From contig MCFE01000055.1 in NCBI GenBank assembly GCA_002104905.1, forward strand, positions 124,001 to 188,000: 64,000 nt of DNA, in the 5' to 3' direction. The translations under genes were made by a program, and so were the position numbers. Source of the stretch: Basidiobolus meristosporus CBS 931.73 (lineage: Eukaryota; Fungi; Basidiobolomycota). Position 1 is the stretch's first letter; every line of letters begins with the position of its first letter. This document shows, one piece after another, positions 1 to 12,400 of this stretch. A model generated the notes under the pieces. It saw only the letters and a program-made list of their open reading frames with translations. It did not search any database and had not been told where the DNA came from.

Positions 1-928
1 CATAGCATTCAAAAACTCAAAGTCTGCCTGGCTATTGAGTCCAATATAGTATGATGTTGTAGGTCCGGGTGCAGAGCTCAGACCGTGGGTTGTAAAGTTC
101 AAATCTTCGACGATTGATGGTGTAGCATTGCAACCAACCATATTTGCTATTGACGATGTGCTACCCTCAGAGACTACAGAAGCAGCGTTTGAAGTTCCTA
201 TATCAGAAGTGTCTTTCATAAAGTTGACATTCCAAGGATTATTTTGGGCTTTGGTAGAGGTAGCTACAGGGGTGCTCTTTGGTTCAGGCTTCGTGAGGTT
301 CTGTTCATAGCACATGGCAGAGTGTTAAATCGAATTGTGGATAGTATTTGAATGGAAATTATCATACCAAGATGCCTTTGCTTGTCAATTGACTGTGCTT
401 ACTTGTAGTTGTATTGGAATCCAGAGTAATTACTGTTGAATTAGCCAGTTCGTCGAGGTGTTTAATTTGTATATAGTCATTCGATGGATACTCCTCTAGT
501 TTAATGTCTGGTGTCGTTTTATCTCCAATGGGGTCATTATCAGGTGCTATGAAAAGGGAGTCTGTAGATTCTTGTGGGGTAATGTACATCTTTTTCATTT
601 CGGTAGAATGCGGGGTAGCGGATCTGCTTCTTGGTGTCTCGTCCTTCTGATTTTTCAAAGTCATGGCCATCATTCTCCAAGTGATATTTTCTAAGCGTTC
701 ACCATGCTCCAAGTTATCTTTGGCTTTCGAATATAACCTCCATATCTCAGTTGCAAACGGATATTTTCCGTGTTTCTCATCAGGTTCTTCTCTTGTGGCG
801 GCTGAGTCTCTTGGTAGGAATAGGGTTGTTGATAATATCGAGGAATGGATACCTGAAATCGAAGGAGTACCTCCACGAGTTTGTGGAGGACTCTCAGGTG
901 GAGAATGCAATTCCAAACTCCCCGACAT
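1..928 (-). CDS. AreA/Gat1-like nitrogen-regulatory GATA factor, 5' part (continues beyond window start)
   Basis: ATG at 928. The DUF1752-type motif IWRLYSKAKDNLEHGERLENITWRMMAM is typical of AreA/Gat1/Gln3 N-termini. Predicted intron 367-301 (GTATGA...CAG), then an open frame to base 1. The zinc finger is not in the window. Confidence 0.7.
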
Positions 929-2216
929 TGCGTAAAAGGCGTTCTGGGCTTTGGGGGACAAATAAGCAAGTCGTCGTTAGAATAGCAGTTGCGAAAAATA
1001 GTAATCCAGAATGAGAAGCCTTGAAAGATAGACCTAATATGAGGCAAATAAAGTATTTATTTGTCAAATGATACCATTGATGTCGAGTACTGAATCAATG
1101 GTTCTAAAATAATTAGAAGTATAATAGACAAAAATTAACCGAAAAATTTCATGATTAACTGATATGCTCACCCATGTGACAGTCCGAATATCTTGACTGG
1201 ATAGCACTAGATATTTACGTTAGGCTATTTGGTCTCAGGACTCCCGTGTCACGACGAAGAATAGATGAAGAGTGTTTATGTCTAAGTGGATGACTTGGAA
1301 TAATAGCATCAGGCCTTTGAAATTAAGCCACCACTATGGCAAATGAGTTTGATTCCTATTTCTAGATTGAATGGTCATAGGCATATGTTCAAAACCCTGT
1401 ATTTAGATGAACAAGGCGATCTTGTGATCCGAAGTATCTTAGTAAATCTTGTACCATGAATGTTTATCATGAGTGCGTGAAGTAGTCAAATGCTCAACGC
1501 TCCAATATTGTTGGCTGTTTCCCACAAAGCCTTACAACTATGTCAAAGAGGTGGACTTCCATTACAGAGTGCCATTTCGACTGATCATAGCTACCATTAT
1601 GACTTCAGCTACAGTGGTATCTATTGCAACCCTGCCGGGACCTGCTTGGGAACAGTGGAAGTAGTCAAGGCAGAATCTGCATACATTCTTTGCCTGGAGC
1701 TCAGAAAAGGCCTAGGCAGCACTGAACTGGAGATTCTAGAAAAACTGGTTCCTGCCAACGTATTAGACAAAATTGGGTTGGTGGGAACCTCAGCCAGGAG
1801 ATTAGGAAAGGTCCAAAGCCGTTCCGGCTCTAAAGATGTGATGGTCGGGCTACAAGAGTTGCTAGTCTTTGAATAATCTCGCTTTCAATGTAGAAATATT
1901 CAACTTCCATTTTTCCAGCTGCTGTACTATTTTTTTAGAGTAAGCGAATCAGTGCATTTTGGTATCTTCACTGATTCATTCCATGGATATTTGATTATTT
2001 GTTTTTGATTCGTTTCTACGCAACATTGATATTCCAACAAAACCAAAATAGATATTCACTCAGATCTTGTATCCCTCAATCTAAACGATTGTGTTGCTAA
2101 ATCAAGTGAATAAGTTTCAAGTCTCAATATCTATCCAAGTGCAGCTCTTTCCAGCCTGAAGGTTCCTTTCACATTTCTAATATCTTGTCTCCAAAAGATT
2201 TCTCCAATATTGCGAA

Positions 2217-5200
2217 ATGAAGCTGGAGATTTTGGCCAAATATGATGATTTGCTTAGTGATATTTTGGTCGATTCGTTGTATCTTTGGTTTCGAACTCAT
2301 AAAATGAACCAAAATCGGCGTTCAGCTCGTGTTAAATGCGAGGACATTGTCGAAATAGTTCAGGATAGTATAGTGGCTAAAAGATCCATAGACTCGGCGG
2401 TTCAACGACTTTTAAGGTATTTTCCAAACTTTGTTGCTTCGCTTTTTGGATGGTACATTAGAGAACTGACCAAACAAATTCTAGTCTAGAATATATAGAT
2501 ATTTTTTTGAGGAGAAAAAGCGTCGCGGACACACAAGGCTTTGTTGAGTATGTCTTTAGAAACGTCGAAAATATTCCCTCCTCAATCACTAACTTCAGCA
2601 TGGATTTAATAACAGGCACTCAAAAAGATATTTTTCAATATACCACCCAGAAGCAGGGTTTGAAATAAGTCAGACTCACCGGTATAGAACTAGCAAGACC
2701 GAAGCATCAGTAGTTGCAACCAGACGTTGGGAGGTCGGAGAAGAAATTCGATGCTGTAGCGGTGGAATTGCTGAACTGACTGAAAAGGAGTTACAAAAAT
2801 TGGAAAAAAGGAAAATGGATTTTAGTGTAATGTGGTCAAGTCGAAAAAATAGCTACTGTCTCTTCTTAGGTCCTGCGCGCTTTGTAAACGTATGTATTAT
2901 CTACAAGAACCTTGAATGTTATACATCGACTCAAACCTCAAAGCAACCACTAACTTTTGAACTGTAATACTAGCATGATTGCAATTCTAATTGTGAGGTA
3001 AGTCCTGTACATATGTATTTCCTACTAGACGCGACCTTCTAATGTCTCTCAAGTTTGAGCCTTTCGGACCAGATGGGATTTGCCTAAAGGTAGTTAGACC
3101 CATCGATGTTGGCGAGGAGATTACAACATATTATGGCGGGAATTATTTTGGCGACAAAAATTGCGAGTGCCAATGCGCGACATGCGAGAGGTATGAAGTC
3201 AGGCGCGAACGTCCCCGTTACTTCTCTAATGGTGTATGTGAATTTTAGGGTGGGTGAAGGCGCGTTCAAACCAACTATTGAAAGTATTTTAGAGGAGACA
3301 GAACATGAGCATATTCGTAGAAGTTCAAGAAGACGTAGCTCAAAACATGGTTAGAACGCGGTTTATGAATCTATAGATGGGGGAAAACACGCTCACGTGT
3401 CGATTTGTTAGCTGGTTATAGCGTTCGTTCAATTAAGAAGAAAAAAGCTCAACATCGATATGATGGGCAACAGGCTTTACGTGACAAGTACGGTATTCTA
3501 TGCAAGTTGCTGACGAATAACAACGACAGCGTCCGCGATCTAAACAATATGGAATTCGCGGAATTGCCCAAGGCAATCAATCTCAGCAACATAGCAGCAA
3601 TAACGGCTGCCTCGAATTTGCTACACCATTTTATCGACAGCCTTTATGGTAGAAACGGTTCCAAGAACAGTACAAATGAAGACCCTCCAGAGACTCCCAT
3701 CCCCTCTCTCTCGGAAATCCTGGATATCGTTCGCGGATATTCTATAAACTGTGCGGTTTGTCAGTACATTTGGATTGATGATGGCCTACTTTCTGAGGAC
3801 CCGACAGTCACGTCTATGGAGCTTCGTGTTAATAATGTATGCCCACGCTGTGAGCGGCACGAAAGGATATTCGGTGTCAAATGGCCTGATAGAGCACCAA
3901 GAAAGCATGCCTCTAGCCAAGTAAGTATTCACGCAAACTGTTTTTAAATAGTGAATAACTTATTTATATTTAGGTCATGTTGGAGTGTAAAGGCGAGGTG
4001 GCTGATGAAATTCACGATGTGGTAGCAAAGGGGATCAACATTGGTATGTCAGATGCTTCGTTGTTTGGTATACTTTGAACTAATTTCCCAAGCAGGAATA
4101 CCCGACGTAACAATCAAGCGACAACCTACGACACCAGAGCCTGAAGATTCTCACAGAAAACGACTTGTGAACGAAGCTTCAACAAAGCTGAAGAAAAGAT
4201 CCAAGATATCCGGCTCATCCACACTCTCCCAATCGAATACTGCTGCTAATTCTGAGGAACAAGCCATAGTTACATCATGCGAATCAGGTAATGGTCACTT
4301 TGACATTTCCTATCAGAACAAGACTGACAATAACAAATTGAAGTCTTTCCAGATAATAGTAGTGAAGTGTCCGAAACACCAACTTGTGAATCCAGTCTCG
4401 TCACCGATATATCCGAATCGCACACTCCAAGAGATGGTGTCCCGATAGAAATGCCGCGACTCTATGAGGATATAAGCAAATTGGCATTTGGTATTAAGAA
4501 TGGCGAGTTGCTTACAAACGATGTACACCCGACTGGAGACTTTACATTTATGAAAACTTCCGGTGTTTCCGAGTCGGCTGTCTCTCCAACGACACATGTG
4601 GAAAGTGATTCTTTTGGAGTGCCGGTTCTAGATTTTAACAAAGCTGTGGCTGTGTTTGTGAATCCACTTGATGACAGTGAACCTTTCTGGTGGCCAGCTT
4701 TACTTGTTCCTACATCAGAACGCGATGACTCCATGCGCAAACCAAAGCCTGGTCAACATACTCTAAGATATTTTGAGGATGGGACTTATTCCTTGTGCTC
4801 GTCCAAAGAATTCGTCATTTTCGATCCTTCCACAAAGCCATTTACTCACTTCAAGAATCGTTTCCCGGAGTTTCTTAATCACATCGCAGTACGTCGAGCA
4901 ATAGCGTTTTTTGAGACCGGGCAGGTACTGAACGAAATCAAATGGCTACGCTGGAAGTGCAACGAAAATAAGGTAGATCACCCGTCTTACTTTACAATTT
5001 AACTAGGTTGTAACACAATAATCTCTCTACCTAGCCCTCATCACGACGAAGACATGAAGGTAAGAATGCTAGTGGTTGGCTGAAACCCTGACGAACAATA
5101 AGCTAACGAGTTGACTTAGATGTTGCCATCATAAAAACTTATATGTACAGAATCGGCGACGAGATTCAAGTCATTAGTTCTGAGCACCCAGGGAAATCCT

Positions 5201-5409
5201 GGAGAGCCATAGTGAAGGAAATTGACATTCTCCAAGATGAAACGCATAAAGGGCTCCATTATTTTGTCCATTACTCTAGAGCTAGTACGAAGTACGTTGC
5301 CACCTAATCCTAACTGCTATCACGTGTTCTAATTCGTTATTGATTTAGTCAGGATGAATGGATTTCTCCATCTCGTATTGCGCACTATTACCACCGCAAA
5401 GCCTTATAG
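2217..5409 (+). CDS. SET9: Histone H4K20 methyltransferase Set9/SUV420H with C-terminal PWWP-like and chromo-barrel (Tudor-knot) domains
   Basis: N-terminus AKYDDLLSDILVDSLYLWF. SET core FSVMWSSRKNSYCLFLGPARFVN|HDCNSNCE and GEEITTYYGGNYFGDKNCECQCATCE. CPRCERHERIFGVKWP motif. Phase-compatible GT-AG introns join ORFs 3405-3947, 4041-4448 and 4367-5002 plus three last exons ending at TAG 5409. Confidence 0.88.
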
Positions 5410-6601
5410 ACATTCCCAGAACCATTTTGTAACATTATTTTTTATTTATTTTGATGTTTCCTCAATATTGTGGCGTTTCCTTCTAGATCTCTTTAACTAT
5501 TTCCCATGAATCATTTGATATTTTGACAGGTGATCATCTGTTAGCACGAAACCTACTGTGGGTGTGGTTTATGGTTATACAATGTAACATGAGCATGTAT
5601 GCCTGTATTATCTTGAATTACTAAATATTCACCAACACATCAAGCTGATCATCTAACTCAATACCTCTTTGCTAAAGCCTCTCGTGTGGTCTGATTGACA
5701 ACCAATATGACCCAATGCTAAGTACTCCCATTTCCAACATGTATGGTGAAATGGGCGAGTGTGGGATTAGCCTGTAGTGAAGCTTTTCGCTCATTCAGAT
5801 AATTAGCAAAAGTTACTGCTCATTTGTGTAGCTACAGCTTTCTATTGTGCTTGTATCAGATTATTTCGCTCATTGATCTATAAGATATTCATGCTGATGA
5901 GTGTATCAAAGTGGGTTTAGGTTCAATCAAGATAGCGACTAACTGAGAGAGCTGAAGGAGAACCAGTGACTCGAGAGTAACATGAAATATGCTCCTCCCT
6001 GGCCAGCGAGCCATTTCGAATGTGTTTAATGGCTAGTATATATAGGTGATTATGATTCAGTGAACAATGCTAAGCTAATTGGGTTATTAAACGACTAATT
6101 GAACCCTAGTATCTTGTATTCTAGTCGGTTATATGTTTCTTATGTGTATCTTAATATATTAATCATAGTCCTTGTTGTGTAGTACATAGCACGAACAACG
6201 CATTTAATCACACGCTCCCTGTTTCGTCATGATTTAATCTATTCATCATTGATTCACCATTCGTCATGTGGTATCTAGATTGTTTGCCCGATGATCAGGT
6301 GATTTAATGCAGTGAACAGGAGTCACATTCATATTTTTTTGATGGGCTTCTGAGTTTCACTACCCTTTTTCGCAAAGTTCCATATTGAGACCCCGCACAC
6401 CTGATTCGAAAATACCTACAGTGGATATTCATCTGACCCCTTTACCATATGACCCTAATACCCCTTTCCTTATAAATCACGAATAATCAAGTAACAGAAA
6501 ATAGCAGCTCCTCATTTTATCGTTCCTCTTTATTCAACTTGTATTTTTTAATTGTACTTTGCCAGTGGTGACTCTTCCTTGGTAAACTCCATTCATACAA
6601 T

Positions 6602-7858
6602 ATGGGCTATTATACTTACTTCCTTGTGGGGGGTATGCTTATCACCGGCACCCTGAACACGCTATTAAACAAAATCCAGGATAAGCAATGTGTAGGAAAC
6701 TGTGACGATCCAGATCCCTCAAAGCATCAACTGTTTGAGCAGCCCGTGTGGCAAACGCTGAATATGTTCATTGGAGAGGCTTCGTGTCTGCTCGCTTTCT
6801 ATTTTATCCAATTATCCAACAAACGCCGCAACGCTAATCAAGGGTATGAGGAGATCCCGGACTCTAGCACACCTCGAGCACGTGAAGAAGACGTTGAAGG
6901 CGATGATAGCTCCGTTGTCAAGAAACGTCTTTCGTCAGCTCAACCCTCTACCGAACCTTTAGAAGGTTGGAAGACCCTTTTAATGTGGCTTCCCACGTTA
7001 TGCGATATATGCGGGACTACTGTAGGTCAATCAAACTTCTTTTATTGTTCGTACTAGATTTAACCATTCTGGTTCATTTTGTAGTTGATGAATGTTGGCT
7101 TGATCTATATCTCGGCTTCCATATATCAAATGCTTCGTGGTGCAGTGGTGTTATTTGCTGGTGTTTTCTCCGTTGTTTTCTTGAATCGCAAATTACACCT
7201 CTACCAGTGGTTTTCCTTGATCTTGGTCGTCCTCGGCGTTAGTATTGTTGGTGCTAGCAGTATTTTATTCCCAGATGAAGGCCCCGGGTCGCATCCAGCT
7301 GTAAATGCTTCATTCACAGGAATATTTATGGTCCTGTTTGCACAAATATTTACCGCGTCCCAATTCGTCATCGAGGAAAAGGTTCTACACAGATACCATA
7401 TTGTCCCCGTTAAAGCGGTTGGCTTAGAAGGCGTTTTTGGAATTGCTTCGTTGATTCTTGGAGTCCCGATCCTCTACTTCTTGTTTGGCAAAGGCACGAA
7501 CGGTTACTTCGATATTCCTGTGGGATGGAACCAAATTATCAACCACCCGCCCGTTTTAATCTCTGGCATATTGATTGCATTCAGTATTGCTTTCTTCAAT
7601 TGGTTCGGATTATCAGTTACACGTACGATCAGTGCGACTTCGAGATCAACAATTGATACCTGCCGTACCCTATTCATCTGGATGGCCAGTCTCTCTTTAG
7701 GATGGGAACAGTTCAGATGGCTTCAGGTCCTTGGGTTTGTCGTTTTAATTTACGGGACTTTCTTGTTCAATGGCGTCGTCTCCCCACCCTTCTGCAAAGT
7801 AGATCCTTTGGAAGCTAGTGTTCCACCTCGACCTTCAGCTACGCAAGATGAAGTCTAA
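6602..7858 (+). CDS. SLC35F6-like nucleotide-sugar/drug-metabolite transporter
   Basis: Motifs MLITGTLNTLLNKIQD, FEQPVWQTLNMFIGE, PTLCDICGTT|LMNVGL and SIYQMLRGAVVLF. One intron, 7022-7084. Multiple TM helices. Confidence 0.88.
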
Positions 7859-8269
7859 GTGACTCGTTTTTAGCTCCTCGAGCCCTTGATTTAGGATCCT
7901 TACTACCTGGATAATGTTTCCATTCATTGTAGTTCTCTCTTTGTATATTAAAACTTTTCTAAATAAAATGAAGAAATTGTGCCAAGCAGATGCGTATTTT
8001 CAAATTGTAATTGATTGTGTCGACCATACGATGCCATGATCATAGGCGAAGGCAACGAACTTGGCCATATATTTATCACCGTAGTCTTTTGTTTGTATTG
8101 CAATAAACATTCGGGATTTTACCAATCAAGTTTGACCAAGATTAGCTATTATTGAGCGAAAAAAGTGGCTAAGCAGCCAGTCCGACGTTTAATTTTTATT
8201 TACGTAACTAAAATCATAGTACTTGCTAGATAGTCACACTGCCCATTACCTTTAAATATTTACATCAGT

Positions 8270-8933
8270 ATGTTAGGCACTGGTCAAGAATCTAGCAACA
8301 CTCAATCCCGTCCAAAGATTGAAGCCACTTCCAAATTCACACTACACTCAGTCAACGAGCAAAATCTCGCGAAATTACGTAGACTCAATAGTGTTCTATT
8401 CCCTATAAAATATAGTGAGCGTTTTTATCAAGTCGTCCAGGAAGCTGGAGAGATGGCAAAGCTAGGTATGTAAAATATTATCCGCAATAAGGGCCAGGTC
8501 CAAAAAATCCAGCTAAAACCCTCTTGAACAAAAGCCTACTTCAAGGATACTTGTGTTGGCACTGTATGCTGTCGTCGAGAACACGTGTCTGACTCTCCAG
8601 AACAAACAGAGCTGTACTTGATGACGCTCGGGGTGCTGTCGCCCTATAGACGGTGCGGTTTAGGTATTCCAATGGCTTGAAAAACCAACCGAGCTTCCGG
8701 TTACGGAATTTCTCTATTATATAGGAGCGATGCTTCTTCAACACATATTCACCGAATGCGCAAAAGAAAAGAACATAGTCAAGGTGTATCTTCATACCCA
8801 GTCAGGTAATCAAGAAGCTTTGAAGTTTTACGAGAAGTTTGGGTTTATCAAATCGCATGAGATTGAACATTACTACCGACATATCCAAGATTCGAATGCA
8901 TATGTACTGTACAAAGATTTAGTCCCCAAATAA
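8270..8933 (+). CDS. NAA50: N-terminal acetyltransferase NAA50/Nat5 (GNAT)
   Basis: LNSVLFPIKYSERFY, YLMTLGVLSPYRRCGLG (acetyl-CoA motif), VYLHTQSGNQEALKFYEKFGF. Three exons. Confidence 0.88.
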
Positions 8934-9650
8934 GTTAATCGTATTATTAATAGTCCTCCAAGAAATAAATCAGCCCAAGTGCTGGTTATATACAAGATGT
9001 TCGTTTTGTAATCTGCAAACCTGGCCTGACTGGAATGGCACCATTTGTCCACCATATTGTGAAAGGGTATTTCTCCAAAAAGGTGGCATTGGCGGGTCAC
9101 CATATTGGGAAACTTACCAAAAACATCCCCACAGCTACAAACCAGATTGTGCAACCTATGTAATGAAGCATGAGAATTTGCACTGTAAATGTTAAGGGCA
9201 AAAAAAAAATCGGCCGTGAGAAAATAGGAAATTCAACTTCCTAATCAAGCACGTATGATTTGTCAAAAAGTAACTGCGTCCTTGATTGAAGCAACATTCT
9301 ACATACATCGCTGCGACTCTCACGCTGACGTATATTTATATTGGAGTACAATTGTAATCGACGCATAGTCTCTCCACAGGACTTCTTGTTTGCAATCAGT
9401 ATAGTGTAATGAAGTCATATATATTTACTGTATATATGATTTAATTTCCACGTTTATGCACTAATATTCTAAATAGGTGCCATATGGATATGATATCCCC
9501 ACCCAACCGCTACCTCTGCCCATTGGGTCGTGCCATGGAGAGGTCCAATTGTCCAGTGTACATTTAAATACTCGTGTTCGCTTTTTACCTAACCTAACCT
9601 CTCTCTATCTTCTTAATCATCGTTTCTTTGAGGCCTTCTCCCCCTGCACA

Positions 9651-11114
9651 ATGACTGTTTCAAACGAACTCCGTATTCTTGACAGTATTCTCGAGAATAT
9701 TGGTAACACTCCTCTTGTACGTATTAATAAGATTGCTGAGGCTGAGGGACTGGAATGCGAACTCTTGGCTAAATGCGAGTACTTTAATGCCGGTGGCTCA
9801 GTGAAGGATCGTATTGGTAGACGTATGGTCGAGGAGGCTGAAAAAGCTGGTATACTCAAGCCAGGCTATACAATCATTGAGCCCACTTCTGGTAATACCG
9901 GAATCGGTCTTGCTCTTGCTGGTGCTGTCAAGGGATACAGAGTTATCATCACTCTTCCAGAGAAAATGTCACAAGAAAAGGTAGATGTCCTAAAGGCTCT
10001 GGGTGCTGAGATTATTCGTACTCCAACTGAAGCAGCTTGGGATGCTCCCGAATCCCATATTGGTGTTGCCAGACGCCTCAACAAAGAAATTCCCAACAGT
10101 GTAATTTTGGATCAATACGTCAATATCAACAATCCTATGGCCCATTACGAAGGTACTGCCGAAGAAATCCTCCGTGCATGCGATGGACAAGTAGATATGA
10201 TCGTTGCTGGTGCTGGTACCGGTGGTACCATCACTGGTATTGCAAAGAAAATCAAGGAAAGATGCCCTAATGTTGAGATTGTTGGTGTGGATCCCTTTGG
10301 TTCAATTCTTGCCCTTCCCGAATCTCTGAATGAAACTGATATTACCAGCTACAAGGTTGAAGGAATTGGATACGATTTCATTCCTGATGTCCTTCAGCGT
10401 CAATATATCGACACATGGGTTAAGAGCAATGACAAAGATTCCTTTATTATGTCTAGACGTCTTATCAGGGAGGAGGGACTCTTGTGTGGCGGATCATCCG
10501 GTACTGCTATGGCTGCGGCAGTTAAGGCAGCCAAAAAACTCAAGGCAGGTCAACGTTGTGTTGTTATCTTGCCAGATTCCGTACGTAATTACATGAGCAA
10601 GTTCTTGAATGACGATTGGATGAAAGAGAATGGCTTCTCCGACTCCGTCAGCCAAAAGGAAGAACAACAGCAAACTCAAAAGTGGGGTGGTGCTACCATC
10701 AAAGACCTTAACCTTCCTGCAGCAATTACCGTGCAGCCCAAAACGTCTTGCCGTGAAGCGTTGAGTATAATGGAGAAAAACAGCTTCGATCAACTCCCAG
10801 TAGTTTCCGAAACTCACAGAGTCATTGGTTTGGTAACTATGGGCAATATCTTGTCGAAAGTTAGCTCTGGAAAGATCACCGGTGATACTCCAGTTAATCA
10901 AGTGATGTTCAAGTTCACTACTGTTGGAAAGGACTTCTTTGAGATTTCAGTTAACACTCCATTGGCAGACATGTCCCGTTTCTTTGAAACCAACTCATCG
11001 GCGATTGTCACAGAGCGTGCGGTCAATGTTGAAAAGGTATCTACTGCCGAGCTGAAGGTGCTTCATGTGGTCACCAAGGTGGATTTGTTATCTTGGTTAA
11101 TGAAGCAATTGTAA
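9651..11114 (+). CDS. CYS4: Cystathionine beta-synthase with C-terminal CBS domains
   Basis: IGNTPLVRINK, AKCEYFNAGGSVKDRIG (PLP lysine), IIEPTSGNTGIGLAL, EGIGYDFIP, then a C-terminal Bateman pair. Likely start is MTVSNE at 9651. Confidence 0.95.
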   Translation: MTVSNELRILDSILENIGNTPLVRINKIAEAEGLECELLAKCEYFNAGGSVKDRIGRRMVEEAEKAGILKPGYTIIEPTSGNTGIGLALAGAVKGYRVIITLPEKMSQEKVDVLKALGAEIIRTPTEAAWDAPESHIGVARRLNKEIPNSVILDQYVNINNPMAHYEGTAEEILRACDGQVDMIVAGAGTGGTITGIAKKIKERCPNVEIVGVDPFGSILALPESLNETDITSYKVEGIGYDFIPDVLQRQYIDTWVKSNDKDSFIMSRRLIREEGLLCGGSSGTAMAAAVKAAKKLKAGQRCVVILPDSVRNYMSKFLNDDWMKENGFSDSVSQKEEQQQTQKWGGATIKDLNLPAAITVQPKTSCREALSIMEKNSFDQLPVVSETHRVIGLVTMGNILSKVSSGKITGDTPVNQVMFKFTTVGKDFFEISVNTPLADMSRFFETNSSAIVTERAVNVEKVSTAELKVLHVVTKVDLLSWLMKQL

Positions 11115-11582
11115 ATGTTTTCTATTTCATACCTTAATTGAATTTTTTACATAAATACCTTTTGATAAACCAAATATGCTCCGTAATCAACCGGCTAATA
11201 CTTTCCCCTAATGTTATCGTATGTGGGTTGGCAGAATAAGGTTGATCGAGAATCCCACGATGTCAGGTTCACGAAAGTAAATCTAGATCTGAAACAATGC
11301 CCAAGTGAGCACTTCTCGCTAGCAAAACCCCAGTTAAAGGTATGTAGACGCATGCTGCTGAAAAACCCAGATAGCGCATTATAGATTTCATTTACCACAA
11401 TATCAGTGCATGGAAACCCCAAGTAGACATCTGAAACTATTACCCCTAGGCCGTCTAATATATTAGAGGTGCTGCTGGTTTAATGAGCTTAACCATCCAG
11501 CTGGTTTTCCGCTAATTACTTTATTCGCCTGAAGGTTTAGGCTCTTGGAACAATATTTACGTGAATATTTCTAAAGTGCCAA

Positions 11583-12400
11583 ATGTCAAGATTAACGACT
11601 ACGGAAATTGCGGCTGTGGACACCTTGAGCTCCTTCACTGTTGATTTGGAGAGTATGTCTGTTCAAAAATCGGATGTACCACGAACGTTTAGAGGAAAGA
11701 TTGTCCAGATAATGGAATCACCGATATTTCATTATGTAGTCATAACCTTAGTACTCGTTGACCTAGTCACTATCTTGATTGAGCTGGTACTGAGTACGTA
11801 AGACAATCCTCGAGCATACCTTCACAAATTGACATTTTCACTTTAACTCGTATTACTTTCATTTGCAGGTTTATACGAGTCCGAAGGTATACTTCGCAAC
11901 AGGCATGTGCTGAACGTAGGAAAACAAACTTTGTTCGCAATAGGCATCTCGATTTTAAGCATGTTCATGTTAGAGATCGTATTGAAGCTCCTCTTTATGG
12001 GAATCCGTCACTTTCTAAATTTTTGGCAGATGCTGGATTTAATAGTAGTGAGCGCTTCCTTCATCCTTGAAATCTATTTCCATACAATACGGTCAACTTC
12101 CAACCGAGCTGCTAGCGGTGTAATTATCCTTTTCCGGTTCTGGAAGATTCTTCGGGTTATCCATGCAGTGGCCCATTCAGTCGAAATCAAAGTGAGTATG
12201 AGGTGGCGGAGGAAGTATGTGATGCTCATTCATTCATTTTTTGCCTATAGAATCTTCGAATCATCACCGCTGTCAATCTCGAGAAAGTTCGGATGGAAAA
12301 ACGGATCCATATTTATAAGAGCAAGTACAAAGACCTACAGAGAGCATATAATCAATTGCGAGTCGAATTAGACGCTTCACAATCATCGCATAAGGAGTAA
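11583..12400 (+). CDS. Voltage-gated proton channel Hv1-like
   Basis: S1 LVLVDLVTILIEL has the selectivity Asp. S2 FMLEIVLK, S3 LDLIVVSASFILE, S4 ILFRFWKILRVIH, then a C-terminal coiled coil. No pore domain. Introns 11794-11868 and 12191-12250. Confidence 0.85.

Noticed and set aside
9477-9650. ORF-track 58-aa N-terminal extension of CBS from GTG 9477
   Set aside because: Non-ATG start and the segment contains intron-like signals; homologous sequence begins at MTVSNE (9651).
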